Assembly: GCA_038213805.1 (NCBI GenBank)
Contig: JBBQSO010000013.1
Coordinates: forward strand, 16,980-80,979
From: Planctomycetota bacterium
Lineage (GTDB): Bacteria > Planctomycetota > UBA11346
Direction: 5' to 3'
DNA: 64,000 nt
Numbering within the stretch: the stretch's first letter is position 1; every line of letters starts with the position of its first letter. The notes under the pieces are model-generated. The model was not told where the DNA came from. It was given only the letters and a program-made list of their open reading frames with translations, and ran no database searches. The position numbers were made by a program, and so were the translations under genes. Below are positions 25,119-34,293 of this stretch, piece after piece.

Positions 25119-25517
25119 TCATGGCAGAGGCAGGAACGGCGTCTGATCAAAACGCTCGTCAAGGTCCTCGTAGACCGCGGTGATCTCGTCGATGGGGATG
25201 TAGACGCGGTAGCGGTGCGCCTCGGCGCCGAACTTGTCGATGGCGTCGGCGAGCAGGATCTCGCGGCGGCCCTCGTTGAATTCGTCCTTCTTGGTGCCCT
25301 GGTAGATGCGCCGGCTCATCTCCGCCGACCAGTGCAGGCAGCGCACCTCGCCGACGATCAGCTCCTTGCGGAATTCCATCAGCTTGAGGATGAAGCGCTC
25401 GCCGCGCCGCACGATCACCGTCGCCACGCGCTGCTGGTCGACCATCGATTCGAGGACCTTGGCCAGGCTCCCCGGGTGGTCGGTGCCCGGCACGATGATC
25501 TTCTTGTCCCCGCTCAT
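25119..25517 (-). CDS. Hypothetical protein (132 aa)
   Basis: ATG 25517 with GGAGG RBS; normal coding composition (MSGDKKIIVPG...). Confidence 0.75.
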   Translation of the reverse strand: MSGDKKIIVPGTDHPGSLAKVLESMVDQQRVATVIVRRGERFILKLMEFRKELIVGEVRCLHWSAEMSRRIYQGTKKDEFNEGRREILLADAIDKFGAEAHRYRVYIPIDEITAVYEDLDERFDQTPFLPLP

Positions 25518-25579
25518 GCGTCCTCCGCTGAACGCCGTGTCGCGTGCGCGACCCCCGCGACCGGTTTCAGCCGGTCGTC

Positions 25580-25616
25580 GACTTCCGGACTTCCGGACCT
25601 CCGCACTTCCGGACCC
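25580..25616 (-). repeat. Solitary octamer array just after the HisG-like gene
   Basis: gacttccg gacttccg gacctccg cacttccg gaccc. Confidence 0.88.
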
Positions 25617-25620
25617 TCCC

Positions 25621-26802
25621 TCACACCAGCCTCGCGCCAAGCTTCTCGCGCAGCTTCGCGCGCCACGCCGGGGTGTGGTCGGCGTCGGTGACCGGCGCCA
25701 GGCACTCGACCAAGCGGCCGATGGCGGCGTTGTGGTTGAGACGCTCCTGGTTGACCGCGACGATGGTCTCGGAGGTGATGATCTCATCGCCGACCACGCA
25801 CAGTTCGGGCATGCACGCCACGGTCGAGCCGCTGCGCACGATGTAGATGCCGATGCGGCCCTGTTCGGCGCAGACCTTCTCGATGTCCTTGGGGCCGACC
25901 TCGAAGGTGATGCCAAGCGCGCGCGCGTCGAGTATGCAGGTGTAGAGCTCTTCATACTGCGGGTCGATCAGCACCGGCTGGCCGCGCAGCAGCGCGAGCT
26001 TGGGATCGCTGCCGTCGGTGGCCCAGCGCCGCCCGCCACCCAGGGCCGTGGCCTTGGCCGCGGTGGCGCGGTCCATCAGCACGCAGTGCCCGAGGTAGTC
26101 GTCCAGGCCGAGGCTGCCGAGGATGCGCACGTCGGTGTTGGTCTCGATGAGGTGGCTCTTGAGCTCCTTCCAGTTGCGCACCTTCGGCGTGTCGAGCGCG
26201 TCGAGCAGGGTGTTGTGGAAGGCGTCGTAGCAGGTCAGCGAGAGGTCGCGCTTGTGCTTGCGCAGGTAGGTCGGCGTGACCTCGTGGTCGGTGCCGAGCA
26301 GCACCCCGCGCACCGCGCAGGTCGCGCCCGGCGGGGTGTAGTCGAACTCGAGCTGGTTGAAGACCATGCGGCTGGGTTTTCCCGGCCGCGTCAGGTCGAG
26401 CTGCAGGTGCATGCTGAGCGCCGCCTCGCTGACCTCGTGATCAAGGTCGTAGCGCAGCTTGTTGAGCATCAGCTCGACGCCGCTCTTGCCGGTGTAGTCG
26501 AGCTGGGTCTTGCCGGACCCGTCCTGATAGCGGCGCATGCGCTTGAGCGCCTGGTCAATCTCGTCGAGGTCGTGGCCGAAGCGGTCGGCGGCGCGCATCG
26601 TCGATTCGACGGCATAGCCGCTGCTCTGCCACAGCTGGATGAGACCCTCCTCAAGCTTGACGCGGCGCTTGTCCTCCTTGATCAGACGGCGCAGCGCCGC
26701 GACCAGTTCGGGGCGCAGCCAGCCCAGGGCGACGAGCCGCTTCAGCACATCGTCGAAGCTGCCCCCCTTGGGTGGGATGGCGACCAGCACCGGTTCGGAC
26801 AT
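25621..26802 (-). CDS. Divergent ATP phosphoribosyltransferase (HisG)-like protein with large insertion
   Basis: VAIPPKG, DLSLTCYD, IE...IYIVRSGSTV, EIITSETIVAVN align with HisG motifs. Confidence 0.6.
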   Translation of the reverse strand: MSEPVLVAIPPKGGSFDDVLKRLVALGWLRPELVAALRRLIKEDKRRVKLEEGLIQLWQSSGYAVESTMRAADRFGHDLDEIDQALKRMRRYQDGSGKTQLDYTGKSGVELMLNKLRYDLDHEVSEAALSMHLQLDLTRPGKPSRMVFNQLEFDYTPPGATCAVRGVLLGTDHEVTPTYLRKHKRDLSLTCYDAFHNTLLDALDTPKVRNWKELKSHLIETNTDVRILGSLGLDDYLGHCVLMDRATAAKATALGGGRRWATDGSDPKLALLRGQPVLIDPQYEELYTCILDARALGITFEVGPKDIEKVCAEQGRIGIYIVRSGSTVACMPELCVVGDEIITSETIVAVNQERLNHNAAIGRLVECLAPVTDADHTPAWRAKLREKLGARLV

Positions 26803-26940
26803 GGGACGATTCCTCGGAGGGGCACAGGGTGCGATCCTCACCCGGGATCGCAAGCGGGGACGCCCGCGAACCGGCAGTCCACATGAGCACGGACGCAGGC
26901 CACGAGAGTCGAGACCAGCGACCCTCGACACGAGGTTCCG

Positions 26941-28329
26941 CTAGTGTCGCCGCTCCAGCGCGATGCGCACCGCGACCCGCTCCGGCCCATCGCTGAGCAG
27001 CTGGGGCAGGGCGGCGCCCTGCGGCTTGTCGAGCAACTTGCGCAGTCCTTCGGCCGCACCCGGATCGCCGAGCTGATCGAGGAGGATGATCAGCCCGAGC
27101 CGCGCGCGCGCATCGGCGACGGCGTTGATGCGCGCCAACAGCGGCTGCGTCCAGCGCGCCGCGTCGTCGGCGGCGAGCACCGCCCAGGCGCGCGCCGGCC
27201 ACCACGGCGAGCCGTTGCCGAGCGCGCCTTCGACCAGGGGCATGAGCTGCGCCGTGGTGAACCCGGCGAGCTCGGCGCGGGTGGCCACGTGCGCGGGATC
27301 GTGGCAGGCGGCGATGAACTGGTCACGGAACACCAGCGCCTGGACCTCGGCACCGTGGTCGCGCCACCACAGGTCCCAGGCGTGGCCGGCACCGGCGGCA
27401 TAGCCGGTGAGCTGGCGCAGGGTCTCCGCAGCGGCGGTGCGCAGCTCGTCGCCCGAGCCGTCGGCGGCAGCGGCGCGGCACAGCACCTCCAGCGCGCGGC
27501 TGTCGCCGTTCGCGCCCAGGGAACGGGCGGCGGCGGCGGCGACCGCGGTGCTGCCGGGTGCCGCCAGCACCGCGGTCAGGGCCGGGCACAGGCGTGGGTC
27601 GCCGACCATCTCGCTGACTTCGATGAGCGCGAGCTGCTCGAGCCCGCGGCGCTCGCCGATGAGGCCGGCGAGCGGTGGAACCGCCGCCGCCTGCATGACC
27701 AGGGCGCCGAGGCTGGCGCGCTCGTCGCGGCGCACCAGGTCGTCGCTCTCGCGTCCGTAGCCGCACAGCACGGCCAGGCCCTGGGGGTCGCCGAGCAGCC
27801 CCAGGCCGCGTGCCGCGGACTGGCGGATGTCGGGCTCGCTGGCGCGCAGCAGCTCGCCGAGGCGGGCGAACGCGCCGGCGCCGCGCGCGCGGCCGAGGAG
27901 CAGGGCGCTGAGCTCGCGGACGCGGCGGTCCGGGTCATGGCTGATACCCAGCACCAGCTTGGTGCCATCGTCCCCGCCGATGCTCGCGGCGACCGTCGCG
28001 ACGCGCACGCGCACCTGCCAGTCGGGATCGTTGGCGAGCACCCCTAGGTCGGGCAGCACCTCGGTCCCGCGCCGGATCAGCGCCGCCATTGCTTCATTGT
28101 GGACGTCGGGTCGCGGATCGGTGATACCGGCGATCGCCTGCTCCCACGGTTTGCCTTTGCCGGCCTTGGCCTCGGGCAGGGGCCCGACCGCAGCTTTGAG
28201 GTCTTTGACCGCCTGGATGACGTCGACGCCCTGGACCGGGGGCACATCTTCGGCGCGCAGCGTGGGTGCGACGGGCGCAGCGAGCGCGGCGACCAGCAAA
28301 ATACGAAGGATGCAAGTCGGGATGGCCAT
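26941..28329 (-). CDS. Exported HEAT-repeat protein
   Basis: Signal peptide; DPDWQVR, DPDRRVRE, EPDIRQSAARGLG repeats; WDLWW. Confidence 0.85.
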   Translation of the reverse strand: MAIPTCILRILLVAALAAPVAPTLRAEDVPPVQGVDVIQAVKDLKAAVGPLPEAKAGKGKPWEQAIAGITDPRPDVHNEAMAALIRRGTEVLPDLGVLANDPDWQVRVRVATVAASIGGDDGTKLVLGISHDPDRRVRELSALLLGRARGAGAFARLGELLRASEPDIRQSAARGLGLLGDPQGLAVLCGYGRESDDLVRRDERASLGALVMQAAAVPPLAGLIGERRGLEQLALIEVSEMVGDPRLCPALTAVLAAPGSTAVAAAAARSLGANGDSRALEVLCRAAAADGSGDELRTAAAETLRQLTGYAAGAGHAWDLWWRDHGAEVQALVFRDQFIAACHDPAHVATRAELAGFTTAQLMPLVEGALGNGSPWWPARAWAVLAADDAARWTQPLLARINAVADARARLGLIILLDQLGDPGAAEGLRKLLDKPQGAALPQLLSDGPERVAVRIALERRH

Positions 28330-28541
28330 GCGCGTATGATGGAGTCGGGAAAACCGTGGCAACCAGCGTCCTGGCAGCAGGTTGGCAGTCTGCAACCGGT
28401 TGCGCCACCGCGCTCATGGCGCACACGTCAGCCCTTGCGGCCCCCATGCTCAGCCGGTATCACCCGCTCCCCACCTGAACGAGTCCTCGGCCCCTCGCCT
28501 TTCTGCTTTCCGCCTTCTCCTTCCCGATTCGGAGCATCCTC

Positions 28542-29450
28542 ATGAGCGCGCAATTCGGCACCTGGATCGGCAGCGGCGCGGCAGGCACCTGGAAGCCCCA
28601 GATCGATCCCAGCCTGGTCGACGATCCGCGCTTCCCCGCCCTGCTGGCGAGCGCCGCCGACGGGGTCTCCTTCGCGGGCGCGGTGGCGCTGGTCACCGGG
28701 GCCAGCGACCCCAACTCGATCGGGTACGCGATCGCCCGCAATCTCGCCAGCGGTGGCGCGAAGGTGGTAATAACCGGCAGTCGCGACCTGCCCCGCATCA
28801 TCGCCACGGCCGAGCAGCTGGCGCGCGAGGCCGGCGCCGGCGCGGTGCTGCCGGCGCAGGTCAACCAGGGCGACTTCGCCCAACTCGACGCGCTGCTCGA
28901 GCACATCAAGGGCCAGGGCCTGGCGTTCACGCACCTCTTTCCGTTCGCCGCGGTCAATCACCCCGCATTGTTCGTCGGCATCAAGCCCGAGGACTATGCG
29001 CGGGTGTTCTCCGTCAACGTCTTCGGCGTCTACCATCTGGTCGGCAAACACGCGCGTCAGGCGCCGCGCAGCACGCCGTGGTACGTGGTCGTGCCCCTGT
29101 CGCCCAATGACGGCCGCCTGCAGGGCTCCGGGCTCTACCCGGCGACCAAGCAGGCGCTCATCCCGATCGTCATCCAAGGCCAGAACGAGGTTGGCGACCG
29201 CCGCAACGGTCACTACCTGGGCGTGAGCATCGCCTGGACGCGCTCGGCGCTGATGAGCCAGCTCGATGCCGGCGTCGAAGCCGCCCGCGCCCAGGGGCTG
29301 AAGGTCTTCGAGACGCGCGACACCGCCGATGTCTGCACGCTCTGCGGCACCCCCGGCGCGCAGGCGCTCAAGGGCACCACCATCGACGCGGCGGGTGGTT
29401 TCGGGAAGGTCGACGCGAAGGCCATGGGCAAGGTCTTCGCCGCGCACTAG
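28542..29450 (+). CDS. SDR ketoreductase resembling the KR domain of fungal/mycobacterial FAS-I
   Basis: ALVTGAS..SIG, LFPFAA, VPLSPNDG, LYPATK (YxxxK), IAWTRSALM. Confidence 0.75.
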   Translation: MSAQFGTWIGSGAAGTWKPQIDPSLVDDPRFPALLASAADGVSFAGAVALVTGASDPNSIGYAIARNLASGGAKVVITGSRDLPRIIATAEQLAREAGAGAVLPAQVNQGDFAQLDALLEHIKGQGLAFTHLFPFAAVNHPALFVGIKPEDYARVFSVNVFGVYHLVGKHARQAPRSTPWYVVVPLSPNDGRLQGSGLYPATKQALIPIVIQGQNEVGDRRNGHYLGVSIAWTRSALMSQLDAGVEAARAQGLKVFETRDTADVCTLCGTPGAQALKGTTIDAAGGFGKVDAKAMGKVFAAH

Positions 29451-29493
29451 AGGACCGGACCGTCGACCGCGCCCATCACGCCTTGGAGCTCAC

Positions 29494-31554
29494 ATGGTCG
29501 TCGGCAAGGGAGTGGAGCGGAGTATCTGCGGGCTCGTGCTCGTCTGCCTGCTGCTGGCCGTCGCTGTGGTCACCAGCGGGGCCGTGGAGCCGCTGGGTGC
29601 GGAGCGCCGCTCCGCGCTCACCGCCCTGCACCGGGATCTGGTCGCTGCGCGCGACGTGTGGAGCGCGCTGCAGGTGGAAGCCCTCGCCCGGACGCGCGGC
29701 CTGGCGTTGCCGCCGGTGCTCGGCGCATCGCGCATCATCGGCGACCCGCTGTTCGCCTTTCCGATGAGCATCGACCGTTGCTGGGAAGGTGGCGGCTGGA
29801 CCGTGGTGTGGGCCTGCGATCGACTGTACTTCCTGGGCCTCGACGGCTGCCCGCTGGCCCCATCGCACCAGCTTGGACGAGCGCCGATGCGGGTCGGCCT
29901 GTCCCGCGACGGCCGCTGCATCTGCACCATCGACCATGCGGAGCACGGCCCCTGGCGGTTGGCGGGCACCCGCCTGGGCGATGGCGCCGCGACCCTGCGC
30001 GCCGAGATCCCCGAGCAGGACGGCGACTTCTATGCCAGCGAACCCCTGCTGTCCGACGATGGCGGTTCGATCATGTTCTTCGTCCTGCGCCGTGCCCCCC
30101 CGGACGGCCACGACGAGTTCCGCACCATCGTGGTCGCGCCGGGCGGCGTGCAGGTGATCGGCGCAGCGCTCGGCGAACTCGGCCTCGGGCCGGCGGGCGC
30201 ATGGGCGGCGGTGTGGAACCAGGAATTGAAGCGCTCCGAGCTGCGCACCCAGGGACGGGTCAAGCCCTTCTCCAAGATCGCGTGTGGCGGGGGCACTGCT
30301 GCCTGCGGCGATCAGAATGGCGTGCAGGTGGTGAGGCCGGACGGCAGCCTGGTCGATATGCCCGTGCCCTTCCCGCTCGGCAATAATCCCGAACTGCTCT
30401 CCGTGGGCGACTGGCTGGTCATCGGCGCGGACGTGGCCGAGGGAGCATGCGTCGCGTTCTATCGCTGGTCCGAGGTCGCCGCCGACCCGCGCGCACCCCC
30501 GGTACGCGTGGTCGAGGGCCGCTGCAGCGCGGCCAACCGCGATCCCAACGCGCTGTGGCTGTTCCGTGGACGCGACTACGCGATCGTGGACTGCAGCGGT
30601 GCGACGCTGCGCATCACGCCGCTCGGCGTTGCGACGGAAACCATCCAGATGATCAGCGACGAGTTCGACCGCTGCCTGGTGCGCTACGCGGGCGGCGTCC
30701 TGGTCTGCGACCCGGCCGGCGCCGAGCTGTGGCGCGGCACATGCAATGGCTGGTACCTCATCAACCGCGACCTGCTGGTGATCCGGCGCGACCGCGACGC
30801 GCAAGCGCCGCATCAGCTGGTGCGCCTCGCGCGGGATCCGCGCGAGCGTGCGGAACTGCCGCTGCCGCTGGACAAGCGCGCCTGGCGGCTGCTCTACGAC
30901 CACACCCACGCCGTCATCAGCGCGCGCTGCGACCGCGCCTGGGAGCGCATCGATCCGCGCAGCGGTCGCGTGGTGGCGCACGCGGAAGCCGACGAGCCGC
31001 CCTTCGAGAGCATCGTCGAGCGCGCCGGACGCCGGGTGGTCGCCTCCGCCCGGCTGCGCGCGCGTGGGCCGGCGCCGGACCGCGTCGAGGAGCGCCTGCT
31101 GTGCACGGACGCGTGGCAGAACGCGGGCACGACCACCATCATCGGCGGCGGCGCCCATCTGCTCACCCGCGACCGCAACGGCCAGTGGGCCGACCACGGC
31201 TCTTTCGATGGCGCCATGCGCCTGGGCAACGATTCGCGCGGCCGCCTGGCGCTGACGCCGCACGCCATGGTCTACCTCGGCTCCATCGTACCCGCCGGCG
31301 AGCGGCTCACGCTGGTCAAGGATCCCACGGTCACGGTGGATGACCTCCCGGCCGGTGACTGGCAGGTGCAGCGCGATGGCACCTACACACCGCCCGGCGG
31401 CCGGGCACTGCGCTGGGACGAGACGGCCGGCTCGCACCCGCTCACCCTGCGCGCCCCGACCCGCGGCGCGCTGCTCGCGGTCACGGCGAGCGCGATCCTC
31501 GAATTGACGCCGGCGGCGGCCACGCTGCTGGGACGGCCCGTGGAGACGCGATGA
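29494..31554 (+). CDS. Unknown exported beta-rich protein, copy 1
   Basis: GGAG RBS, signal peptide, paralog of 34294-36357, ATGA overlap with the kinase. Confidence 0.8.
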   Translation: MVVGKGVERSICGLVLVCLLLAVAVVTSGAVEPLGAERRSALTALHRDLVAARDVWSALQVEALARTRGLALPPVLGASRIIGDPLFAFPMSIDRCWEGGGWTVVWACDRLYFLGLDGCPLAPSHQLGRAPMRVGLSRDGRCICTIDHAEHGPWRLAGTRLGDGAATLRAEIPEQDGDFYASEPLLSDDGGSIMFFVLRRAPPDGHDEFRTIVVAPGGVQVIGAALGELGLGPAGAWAAVWNQELKRSELRTQGRVKPFSKIACGGGTAACGDQNGVQVVRPDGSLVDMPVPFPLGNNPELLSVGDWLVIGADVAEGACVAFYRWSEVAADPRAPPVRVVEGRCSAANRDPNALWLFRGRDYAIVDCSGATLRITPLGVATETIQMISDEFDRCLVRYAGGVLVCDPAGAELWRGTCNGWYLINRDLLVIRRDRDAQAPHQLVRLARDPRERAELPLPLDKRAWRLLYDHTHAVISARCDRAWERIDPRSGRVVAHAEADEPPFESIVERAGRRVVASARLRARGPAPDRVEERLLCTDAWQNAGTTTIIGGGAHLLTRDRNGQWADHGSFDGAMRLGNDSRGRLALTPHAMVYLGSIVPAGERLTLVKDPTVTVDDLPAGDWQVQRDGTYTPPGGRALRWDETAGSHPLTLRAPTRGALLAVTASAILELTPAAATLLGRPVETR

Positions 31555-34064
31555 GCACGCGCGCGCCGGATCCGTTCCTAGGATTCAGCAACGGGCAGCT
31601 GCGCTTCGATGCGCTGCTCGGGCGCGGCGCCATGGGCGCGGTCTACCGCGGTCGCCAGCTCGGTCTCGACCGCGAGGTGGCGATCAAGATCATCGCGCCG
31701 CATCTCGCTGACGATCAGCAATACCTGGAGCGCTTCCGCCGCGAAGCGCAGGCGCTGGGGCGGCAGGTCCACCCGCACATCATCACCTGCCATGACGTCG
31801 GCCCATGCGTGGGGCCGGATGGCGGCACGGTGATCGCCATGGTCCTTGAGTTCGTCGATGGCTCGAGCCTGGGCGAGCTCATGCAGCGCGGGCGGCTGAC
31901 AGTGCGCACCGTCTTGGAGCTGCACGCGCAGGCGGCAAGCGGACTGGCCGCGGCGCACCGGCTCGGCATCATCCACCGCGACATCAAACCCGACAACATC
32001 ATGGTCACGCGCACGGGCTCCGCCAAGCTCGCGGACTTCGGTTTGGCGCGGCACGACGACTCGGCGACCATGACCACCAGCGGCACGATGCTGGGCAGCC
32101 CCGCGTACATGTCGCCGGAGGCGTGCCGCGGAGAACGCGTCGGCGCGCGCGGCGACATCTACAGCCTGGGCTGCTCGCTGTTCCACGCCTTGACCGGCCG
32201 CACCCCCTACGAGACCGGCAACAGCTTCGCCGCGATCCGCCACCACACCTCGTCGCCGATTCCCGAGATCCGTGAACGCCGGCCCGACCTGGCCGGTCTC
32301 GATCCCATCCTCAAGCGGCTGCTCGCCAAATCCGAGGACGGGCGCCCGGCGGATGCCGCTTTGGTGGCCAGGGAGCTCGCCGAGCTCGCCCGCGCGCTGC
32401 CGGGGGACGCGCTGGCGGGCCGGATGGATCCCACCGCGCACGCCGACATCCCATTGGCGAGGACGCTGATCGCGGACCCTGTCCCGGTGAACGCCGCGCC
32501 ACGCCGCAGCGGACGCGATCGCGCGGACGCCCGCCCCGGACCGCCCGCGACGCGCGGGACGACCACGCCCCGTGCCCGCTGGCGGCGCGATCTGGCCTTC
32601 ATCGCCGTGATCGCCGGCTGCCTGATGGGCGGCGGTGCGATCCTGACTTGGCGGGGCGGCGGTGGGACGGCGGCCGCGCCCCCGGCGAGCGGCGCGAACG
32701 AGGCCCAGGCCCTGGCTCTCGCTGCGGCCCTCGCCGAGATCGAGGGCCTGATCGCGGAAAAGCGCCTGGCCGAGGCAGCACAGCGGCTCGCTGACGTGGG
32801 TCCCGCCGACGCGGGCGAAGGCCGGATCACGCCCGCCCTGGCCGAACTGATACAGCGGCTCGCCCGGGTGAAAGCGGAGTTGAGCGAGGCGGGCTTCAGC
32901 CCGACGCGGCCGCCACCATCTCCGCATGCGCCCGCGGCACCGGCCGCCCACAGCGAAACCGTGGGCGTACGCGGCCCGGCTCCCGCCATCCCGGCGGAAC
33001 CGCTGGCGCAACCGCTCGTCCAGCTCGTGCCCGGCATCGATTTGGTCGGGTGGGCAGCGCCGCCGGGCTTTGCCGGGCTGCCCGATCGCCTGCCGGGCGG
33101 CGGTGGCGCGGTCGTGCTGAGCGGCTATCCGTCAGCCGGCGGTGCGGCGGGATGGGAAAGCGAGGGGCGCCAGGTGCTGACCCTGCGCGTGCCGGAAGGG
33201 CGGCGTGGCGGCAACCTGTTGCTGCTGGTGACGGGCCAGCAGGCAGGACGCCCGCTCGCGATCACCGCGATCATGGGAACCACGCGCCAACCGCTGCCTG
33301 GGACGGTGCTGGCTTCCGGCGGGTGGGATCTGGTGCGCATCGCCGTGCCGGCGGCTGACCATGAGGTCGAGGTCGCCGCGTCGGGCGACCTGCGTCTGGC
33401 GGTGGCGCGCGCCGTGTGGGCGCCCGAGGGCGTCCCAGCACCATCGCCTGCGGCTGCACACATCATCCCCGGCACGCTGCAGCGGCTGGTGGCCGATGAG
33501 TACCGTTTCCCGACCACGCTGGCGAGCGTGGACGTGGCATTGCGTCGCGCCCGCGCCGCCGGGCACGGGCACCGCTCCATGCTTGCCATCCCTGCTGCCG
33601 ATCGCTTTGCGGCGGGCGTGGCAGCGACGCTGGGCCGGGCACTGGCGGAAAGCGATGTCCCGGTGATGACCTACACGGGAGGCATCGTGCTGGATCCGGA
33701 CAAGGTGTCGGCGCGCATGGCGGATCGCGACCTTCTGTTCGTCTACATCTCCACGGCCGCCCCCTGCCAGCTCGGGTCGGCGTTCGGCGCGCTGTGCCAC
33801 GATTTGGTCGCGGGCGGCCACGTGCCGGTGCCGATTCTGGGCCCGGAAGCATGGCAGGGCGGCGCCCGCGAAGGCTGGGATCGGCTGCTGGAAGACTTGG
33901 CGCATGCGGTCGCGGGCCTGCCGGTGATCGATCTGCGGCAGGTACCGCTCTTCCAGGCGCGGCATCAGCTGCCCCTAGGGCTGCTGGACCCGACCGTACA
34001 GGAGCTGATCTCCTGTGGCCTGATCGCCGGCGTGCAGGATTTGCAGGCGCGCCTCGCGTGGTAG
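31551..34064 (+). CDS. Membrane Ser/Thr kinase with large C-terminal domain, copy 1
   Basis: GRGAMGAVY, VAIK, HRDIKPDN, DFG, YMSPE, then a TM helix. Confidence 0.93.
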   Translation: MSTRAPDPFLGFSNGQLRFDALLGRGAMGAVYRGRQLGLDREVAIKIIAPHLADDQQYLERFRREAQALGRQVHPHIITCHDVGPCVGPDGGTVIAMVLEFVDGSSLGELMQRGRLTVRTVLELHAQAASGLAAAHRLGIIHRDIKPDNIMVTRTGSAKLADFGLARHDDSATMTTSGTMLGSPAYMSPEACRGERVGARGDIYSLGCSLFHALTGRTPYETGNSFAAIRHHTSSPIPEIRERRPDLAGLDPILKRLLAKSEDGRPADAALVARELAELARALPGDALAGRMDPTAHADIPLARTLIADPVPVNAAPRRSGRDRADARPGPPATRGTTTPRARWRRDLAFIAVIAGCLMGGGAILTWRGGGGTAAAPPASGANEAQALALAAALAEIEGLIAEKRLAEAAQRLADVGPADAGEGRITPALAELIQRLARVKAELSEAGFSPTRPPPSPHAPAAPAAHSETVGVRGPAPAIPAEPLAQPLVQLVPGIDLVGWAAPPGFAGLPDRLPGGGGAVVLSGYPSAGGAAGWESEGRQVLTLRVPEGRRGGNLLLLVTGQQAGRPLAITAIMGTTRQPLPGTVLASGGWDLVRIAVPAADHEVEVAASGDLRLAVARAVWAPEGVPAPSPAAAHIIPGTLQRLVADEYRFPTTLASVDVALRRARAAGHGHRSMLAIPAADRFAAGVAATLGRALAESDVPVMTYTGGIVLDPDKVSARMADRDLLFVYISTAAPCQLGSAFGALCHDLVAGGHVPVPILGPEAWQGGAREGWDRLLEDLAHAVAGLPVIDLRQVPLFQARHQLPLGLLDPTVQELISCGLIAGVQDLQARLAW

Positions 34065-34293
34065 ACGCGAGACCAGGGCGCCAGTGGCCCGGTGCAGGGC
34101 CTGCTGTCGACGCAGTGAGGTGCGCCGCCAGGGGACGCAGCTGCTCCGTACCGTTGCCGCCTGGCACCGGATGCCCAGCGCGGGCAAGCGCGGCCCGCTC
34201 CTACGCCAGGCCGCCACTGGCGCCCACCCCATTCCGGTGCGATCCTAGCACCGGCCGATACGCAAAACTGCCCGCAACCGGGCTGGAGTTCCG

